Source: Phoronis australis (taxonomy: Eukaryota; Animalia; Phoronida). From it: a stretch of DNA of 43,814 bases. Under the pieces are notes generated by a model. The model ran no database searches and was not told the DNA's origin. It saw only the letters and a program-made list of their open reading frames with translations. The stretch is from the NCBI GenBank assembly GCA_002633005.1, contig NMRA01000221.1:142398-186211 (forward strand), given 5' to 3'. This document shows positions 37,794-43,814 of this stretch, piece after piece; the first letter of the stretch is position 1; every line of letters begins with the position of its first letter. Made by a program: the position numbers and the translations under genes.

Positions 37794-38149
37794 CTTGCCC
37801 GTTCAGTGCCAGTCGTTTAAGGGAAGAACAATCTAACAAACGTCATTTTCTAGCATTACTCTCGGCCTTTTGAGTTTTCTAACAAAGAAAGTCTATTGTC
37901 TTTTATACGGTCGTGAAACGCGCAAGCGCCGTACTAAAATTTTACGACTACTTTTAGGACATGATAACAGCTTCGCAGCCGTTAAGTTTGTTCTAAATTC
38001 GGTTTTTTGGTCTTAAAAATGCTCATAACTTGTAACGAAATGAGACCAGTTCCCACAATTCGTTGTGACAGTACGCAACCTCGTGGCAGCAAAGAACAGT
38101 TGATAGAAGAATAAACCGGGGGTAAAAGAAACTATTCAGGTCACGTGAC
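37794..38149 (-). promoter_or_regulatory. Candidate distal non-coding first exon/promoter of paralog 2
   Basis: CAAG|GTGAGT donor (exon end 37794) lies in a block homologous to 17440-17590. GTCACGTGAC E-box at 38140-38149. Confidence 0.45.
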
Positions 38150-40679
38150 GTAATTGCCAAACGCCGACTCCCAAGACCGCACTTCAATTTTAGCAGTAGA
38201 TGAGCGGTAGGCCTAGAACGATAATTCTTCCAACACCGGTAAATAATTTGGTTTACTCAAAGAGCGGTGCAGCTTTTAATGACACTATTTCTGCTTAAGA
38301 TTTTATTTAGTCCTTTTTACCCACGTATGAACCACTTCACGCTGATTGGTTGAGATTTTTTCTGAGGCGCTCGAAGGGAGTACGAATTATAAGCGGTGTA
38401 ATTTGCGTCGCAATTAATTACTTTCCGTGGTATGTAAGAAGCAAAAACAATATTTTTTATGAACAATACATGCATTTCTGGTGTCAAAAAGGTGTTTTAG
38501 CCGCTGGACGCTGTCTTTAACCTTCTGTTCAGGAGGATTCCCCAGATTAATTCTGGTCATCTCACTTTCACTTCCGGCTAAGCACGGTAGAGATTCACCG
38601 GAAGAAATGTCCACAGCGGAAGCTTGCTCCCAAACATTGTGTATACAACCTTTAAAACGAGGATAAAAGACAATAAATATCAAGAAAAAACCCGTCAGCC
38701 AAGAAGGTTAAATTCATTTGTCCCTCGTGCTTGGTATTTTGGTCAAAGGGAAGAGGGCTGCACCATTTTGTAAGAAATCAAACAAAATCGGTACTAACAG
38801 GGAGAGGTCGGTATTCGTAGCTGCGCCATTGCTGGTCTCCCCTTAATCTGCGCTTGCGCATCAGGTAAAGAAGTACTGGCACCTCTCACTTATTCCAGGG
38901 ACAAAGTACGTTGACAGTGATATTATTTTTTAAAACTTAGTTTGGTAAAGACGCCTTGGTGAAATGTACACCGAGAGAACAATTAGGCGAGTATAACCTT
39001 GACCCTGTTTATTGTACCCATACCAGTAATAATATCAACTACATTCAAATTGATTTAGTTGAATTCGTGGCTAGTTTGTTTGTTAGAATGATTGAAAAGT
39101 TTTACGGAAAATTTAAAGATGTATTCGCATGCTCCTAACTATGCTAATGTATAACAGGAACTAAAAAACAATGCTATTTTGACGAAATCTACTCTAAACA
39201 AAGCGCAGTTGTATAAATTGACAACTTGTAAACGTGAAAACAAAAAAATTGCAAATAGGTGACCTTTGCACTAATGAGGTACCTCGCGGGCTCAAGTAAC
39301 CTGCATCATGCCGCGTTGTTCGCCGACGTCACATCAGGAAACTTTCTGCATACGGTGCAGTGGCTTGTGGCGGTTCTTAAAAACATTCGTCAATTTTCAG
39401 CTTACTTCATATTCGTCGCAACATGTTGAGTTTCTAAATAATTTGACCAAGCAAACAGAATTAGCCTGCAAGTTCAACTTGATGACGTGTCAAATATGGG
39501 CACGTGTCTTCTTCCTGTTGCGTTCGTTTACCCAATACTTGACGCCAATGAGGTTGTTCTTTACAATTCAGGCCAAAATCAATGTAATACTTCGGTTCGG
39601 GTACAATTAAGTGGAAAATATTCTTTTGGCATCATTTTCGACACGGCTGCAATTTCAGTTCAAAGTTACAACCAGAAAAAAGATAATCGCGTTCAGTTAT
39701 GGAGAAAACATGTGACTGAATATTTCGATTGATGATTACAGAAATTATTACATGGACGAAACTCTTATCCAAACTTTTCCAATTACACGACTTTCGAAAT
39801 AAATCAAGATTTTTCACCAACCGAGATCTCCGCAACTTCCACCAACATGACGTTTTTGCACAAAACTTATCAAGGATGTTTTTTTGATTATACATGCAAC
39901 GAATTTCTCGTTGATTTTTTAATAAAGCCAAACGTTTGACAGTCAGTAGTCAAGGCTTCCAGCCTTTTAAGGATTATTGATGTCTCCAGTCTCTGCTCAC
40001 TTAAACGTGTCGCCCCCTTTTGTTAAACCAAGGATTTGCAGCTTCTACATCAGATTTCTAACATTTCAGTGTACATTACATGTACGTGTAACCTTAAAAT
40101 TCTCCGTATGCTTTACAGAGTTTCATTCAATGTGCTTAAAATCACCAACTCCATATCAACTCCCGCACCCTAAAAAAACATCAGCCGTCCATTAGATCAC
40201 GTGCGAGCACTATCTGACAACGTGTCACTTGGTTTTTTCCGAAACATACTAAGTAAAATTCTCTATTGTGTTTAGTGAAAATGCCGCCAGATGTTGCTCG
40301 TTTTCCCGTAGTTGATGGTATAATAAGGAAAGGCGTTATTAGCGGTTGTGACAATTAGTATTCGGCCACGATGTGACTCTTTCCACTTTCTCGCGGGATA
40401 TCAGAGAAGCGCAGAGATGGCTCGAGTTTGTGAAAACATCTCGCGTGTTGGTGAACATGACACACTGGCGCTGGGTACGTTCATACGTCACAGCCACGTC
40501 AGTGAAGTTAAGAAATTTTTGATTGAAGTCGCTTTTCTTCTATTTTTGGGACATTGAATACACGATTATCATGATATGAAGTGCTATAAAGGAAGATTTC
40601 ATGACGCTGGTTGAAATGGTGGTAAAACAGTTATTCTGACTACAAAATTAGTCGTCAATGTTGTATTACATGCAGCCAT

Positions 40680-43600
40680 TTACTCCCTTTTAGAACGAGC
40701 GTTGCCTTGGTATTGCCTTCTATGATTGTTTGACAGTTCCACGTTGCCCATTCGCTCATATATATGACACAACTTCCTATGACATTTAGAAATCGTTGGA
40801 TGACGAACGTTACCGAAGAGTCGCAGTCTCATTTCCAACGCATCTTTGGTATACTTCAACGCTACATCCAGTTTACGCATTTTCTTGTTCACAAGACCGA
40901 GGTTGAATAGAGTGGCCGCCATGCTTGCGTCATCCGCCGAGCCGAACACTCGCCTCTTCATCTCCAGCGACTGCTGCAGATAGTCGATAGCCTTTTCGTA
41001 GGGTTTCTTTACGCAATATACGGCTCCTACATTATTTAGGCTTTTTGCAATAGCAATATGGTCGCCAACCGCCACATATTTTCGGGCTGTGTGCAGAGAT
41101 TCCATGTAGTGCACCAAAGCTTGGTCATTATCGTGTTTTTCTACTAGATAGATACAAGCCATGATATTTATGCATTTTACGGACCGGAGGTCTTGTATGC
41201 CGAGTCTTTTTCTCACATCTACAGATTCTTTCAAATACTGAAGTGCGCTATCCACATTCATGGTGCAGGTGTACGATCGGCCAATCTTTTCTAAGCTAGT
41301 CGCTAAACTAGGATCGTCGCAGTGACCATATAGTCGCTTACACATATCTATGCCCCGAAGAAGATACTGTAGTGTTTTTTCGAATTCTTTCATTTCAAAA
41401 TAGACCTTCCCGATGTAATTTAAACTCGATGCAATGTCAGGATGGTCGCCAGACCCGTACATCCTGTTGCGCATGCTCAGAGATTCTAGAAGATAATGAA
41501 GAGCCTCGTCGAACTTGTCCATGTCATAATACAATAGTCCTGTTGCATCCAAAATCTGGGCGATCTCGGGGTGATCGCCTTCAAATATCTTCCGTCTCAT
41601 ACTTAAGCAGTGTACGTAGAATTTTAATGCTTCTTCCATGTTTTTAACAGCCGTAAAAACTTTCCCAATGTTGAAATAGTCGGATGCAATGATGACGTGA
41701 TCACCATCGTCATATAGGCTCTGGTGCATTTTGAGAGCATCTTGGTAGAATTGAAGAGCCAGATCAAACCTCTTCATCGCATAATACACAGCGCCAATAC
41801 TGCTTAAACTCCGTGCAGTGCGAGGGTGGTCGCAGTTCTTGTGCAGGGCTTTCCACACTTTCAGAGAGCGTGAATGATATTCCAGCGCATTTTCAAGTTG
41901 TTCGGTTTGGAGATATACATTTCCAATGTTGAATGAAATTGTGGCAATATCGGGGTAATCAGAATGCCTGTGCAGCCTTTCCGTCATTTCTAAGGCACCG
42001 GTGTAATACTCTAATGCCCTGTCGAATTCTCCTGTTGCATGATAGAGTCCACCTATATTGCTTAAACTTGCCACGAGGTCACAATGAACGCCACCCGTGT
42101 GCAGTCGTTTTCTCATTTCCAGTGCCTGCCTGTAATACCGTAGAGCATCTGATGAAACCTGCATGTCCTGGTATATTTTACCAATTCTGTCTAGCCTGAA
42201 TGCAATATCGCAGTGATCCTTGTGTTCGTGTAAGCGCTCGCACATTTCCAAAGAGGCAGTTAGAAATTGTAATGCTTTTTCTAACTCATGTTTGTCGATG
42301 TGCAACAGGCCAATTTGGTACAAACATGTATCAATATCGGTATGGTCAGCATTCTCTCCGTGAAGATTTTTCCTCATATCCAAGGAGAGCTTGAAGTAGA
42401 GCATTGCCTTTTCAGACTTACCCATGTCTTGATACAGCATTGCGATGCACTTTAGAATGTTAGCGGTGTCTGGGTGATCTTCTTCAAGATGTAAAGCTTT
42501 GCGCTTGTTTAAGGAATCTGTGTAGTACTCCAGTGCCTTGTCGTATTCTCCCATTTGAATATACACAGCCGCGATTAAATCTTTCCGTAAGATTGGGTCA
42601 TCTTCACGGACGTCAAGCGCTTCTTCCTTAATTCGTAGAGACTCATGCATACACTGCAACGCCTTCTCCGACGCCGAGTTTTCATAATGTATCCATCCAA
42701 GCAGCATTATGTCGTTCGCCCTCTGAAGATTGTCGCTGTCCTCAGTCTTCTGGATATCAAGTGACTGCTGTACGTAACCGAGAGCCAAGTCTCTCTCTCC
42801 CAACGTCAAGCAAAGCAGTCCCATCTGAGTCAACATATAAGGAGTTGCATGTTGACTTTCTCTTAAATTTTCAATGGTACTTTGTAGCAACTTAAAGTAT
42901 TCTACAGCTTTACCGAGATTACCTTCACAGCGGTACGAGCTCACTATTAAAGAGACACAGTCCAGTGCTTCGATGTCATCTTCTTGAAAACTGATTTCTT
43001 TGTTCTCGTAACAGAGTTTCTTAACCTTTTCAGTTGTTTCTTTATCAAGAGTTTCGCTCAACTTTTCAATATGTCGGAAGCAACTGCTTCGTGCTCTTTG
43101 GTACGAGCAACAATAGAATTCGATTAATGCATCGGTTTTATCGTTGCGTTGATAGAAACTGAACTTTATTTTGCTGATTTGAGAAATTTGGGAAGCGTCC
43201 AACGATTTCATAAAGTCAACAAAGGGAACCATCGTGTAGTAATAACGAAAAATCAGATCAAGGTTCGTCTGGTACACGTTTGGAGAACGACCTGTTGTGA
43301 ACAACGAAATCAGCTCGTTTTGCTGAAGTTTCTTGGAATACGTGATGAGCCTCAGAAGTGAAACTATGGAAATGAGGCACCTCAAGTTATGACTTGCGTC
43401 TTCTGTCAATATATCCTTTGAGTTCATCTCGTCCAATACCGCCCATGTATTGTCTTTTTCTATTGAGAACAATGTTTTGAACAATGTAATGATCAGCGTT
43501 GGCAGTCGAAACATATCTTGCTTGATGTCGTGAACCGTTCTTGAAGACGTGTGGAAAGAGAGTTTTGGAAAGTAGGCAGAGATGAGTTCACGGATCTCTT

Positions 43601-43814
43601 CGAAAGCTTTCTGCTTAACGAGAGTTTCATTTTTGAATTTTGCTCTGGCAATGTTAAACTCGTTGTAGAGTGAGGGACCGCCAGCCTCACTCCCGTCGAT
43701 CATCAACGTGGTTGCCATGATGCGATCGATATTATTACGTTCTCTCTTCGCGGTTTCATACTCACAAAACTGCGCCATGTTTTTGGGAGTTCTGATTAAC
43801 TCTCGATCTTTGCG
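40680..43814 (-). CDS. Paralog 3 (5'-partial): end of NTase region + helical bundle + regular 42-aa TPR array
   Basis: The frame stays open to the window edge (RKDRELIRTPKNMAQFCEY aligns with ELIRTPxRMAQLCEY of paralogs 1 and 2). It has DIKQDMFRLPT and ASHNLRCLISIVSLLRL, then repeated HPDIA..L..IG..Y...G....AL.Y...SL.M...L units. Confidence 0.92.
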   Translation of the reverse strand, partial: RKDRELIRTPKNMAQFCEYETAKRERNNIDRIMATTLMIDGSEAGGPSLYNEFNIARAKFKNETLVKQKAFEEIRELISAYFPKLSFHTSSRTVHDIKQDMFRLPTLIITLFKTLFSIEKDNTWAVLDEMNSKDILTEDASHNLRCLISIVSLLRLITYSKKLQQNELISLFTTGRSPNVYQTNLDLIFRYYYTMVPFVDFMKSLDASQISQISKIKFSFYQRNDKTDALIEFYCCSYQRARSSCFRHIEKLSETLDKETTEKVKKLCYENKEISFQEDDIEALDCVSLIVSSYRCEGNLGKAVEYFKLLQSTIENLRESQHATPYMLTQMGLLCLTLGERDLALGYVQQSLDIQKTEDSDNLQRANDIMLLGWIHYENSASEKALQCMHESLRIKEEALDVREDDPILRKDLIAAVYIQMGEYDKALEYYTDSLNKRKALHLEEDHPDTANILKCIAMLYQDMGKSEKAMLYFKLSLDMRKNLHGENADHTDIDTCLYQIGLLHIDKHELEKALQFLTASLEMCERLHEHKDHCDIAFRLDRIGKIYQDMQVSSDALRYYRQALEMRKRLHTGGVHCDLVASLSNIGGLYHATGEFDRALEYYTGALEMTERLHRHSDYPDIATISFNIGNVYLQTEQLENALEYHSRSLKVWKALHKNCDHPRTARSLSSIGAVYYAMKRFDLALQFYQDALKMHQSLYDDGDHVIIASDYFNIGKVFTAVKNMEEALKFYVHCLSMRRKIFEGDHPEIAQILDATGLLYYDMDKFDEALHYLLESLSMRNRMYGSGDHPDIASSLNYIGKVYFEMKEFEKTLQYLLRGIDMCKRLYGHCDDPSLATSLEKIGRSYTCTMNVDSALQYLKESVDVRKRLGIQDLRSVKCINIMACIYLVEKHDNDQALVHYMESLHTARKYVAVGDHIAIAKSLNNVGAVYCVKKPYEKAIDYLQQSLEMKRRVFGSADDASMAATLFNLGLVNKKMRKLDVALKYTKDALEMRLRLFGNVRHPTISKCHRKLCHIYERMGNVELSNNHRRQYQGNARSKRE

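Noticed and set aside
3827-43814. Calling the genes TTC28, kinesin light chain, nephrocystin-3, OAS or cGAS
   Set aside because: Similarity to the first three would come only from generic TPRs. The NTase motif and helical bundle look GlnD/DUF294-like rather than OAS/Mab-21-like. No gene symbol assigned.

Overview
Animal (invertebrate-like, AT-rich, GT-AG introns, repeat-rich) genomic DNA. The organism cannot be named from the sequence alone. The window holds a head-to-tail cluster of three paralogous minus-strand genes, about 20 kb apart. The two complete ones encode a short N-terminal helical segment, a DUF294/GlnD-type Pol-beta-superfamily nucleotidyltransferase (GLGSLARG-x-TPFSDIEW), a DUF294_C-like helical bundle and a long, paralog-variable array of ~42-aa TPRs. 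The third is cut by the window edge and its NTase core lies outside. Almost the whole CDS of each sits in one 3-4.4 kb exon. For paralogs 1 and 2 I can reconstruct a conserved upstream structure the ORF track misses: a 25-nt ATG coding segment (MAGAxQxx, phase-1 GTAAGT donor), a candidate 14-nt micro-exon, a conserved TATA plus two STAT/GAS-like motifs, and a distal non-coding exon with a GTCACGTGAC E-box. The best candidate novel system is an animal family of NTase-TPR 'sensor-enzyme' proteins, possibly immune-inducible (inference). The rest is transposon debris: palindromic MITEs, a Penelope-like element interrupted by a solo LTR and ending in a degenerate hammerhead, a CR1/L2 fragment and tRNA-SINEs. 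There are also repeat arrays rich in CTCF-like motifs and two probable assembly duplications at single-n joins.
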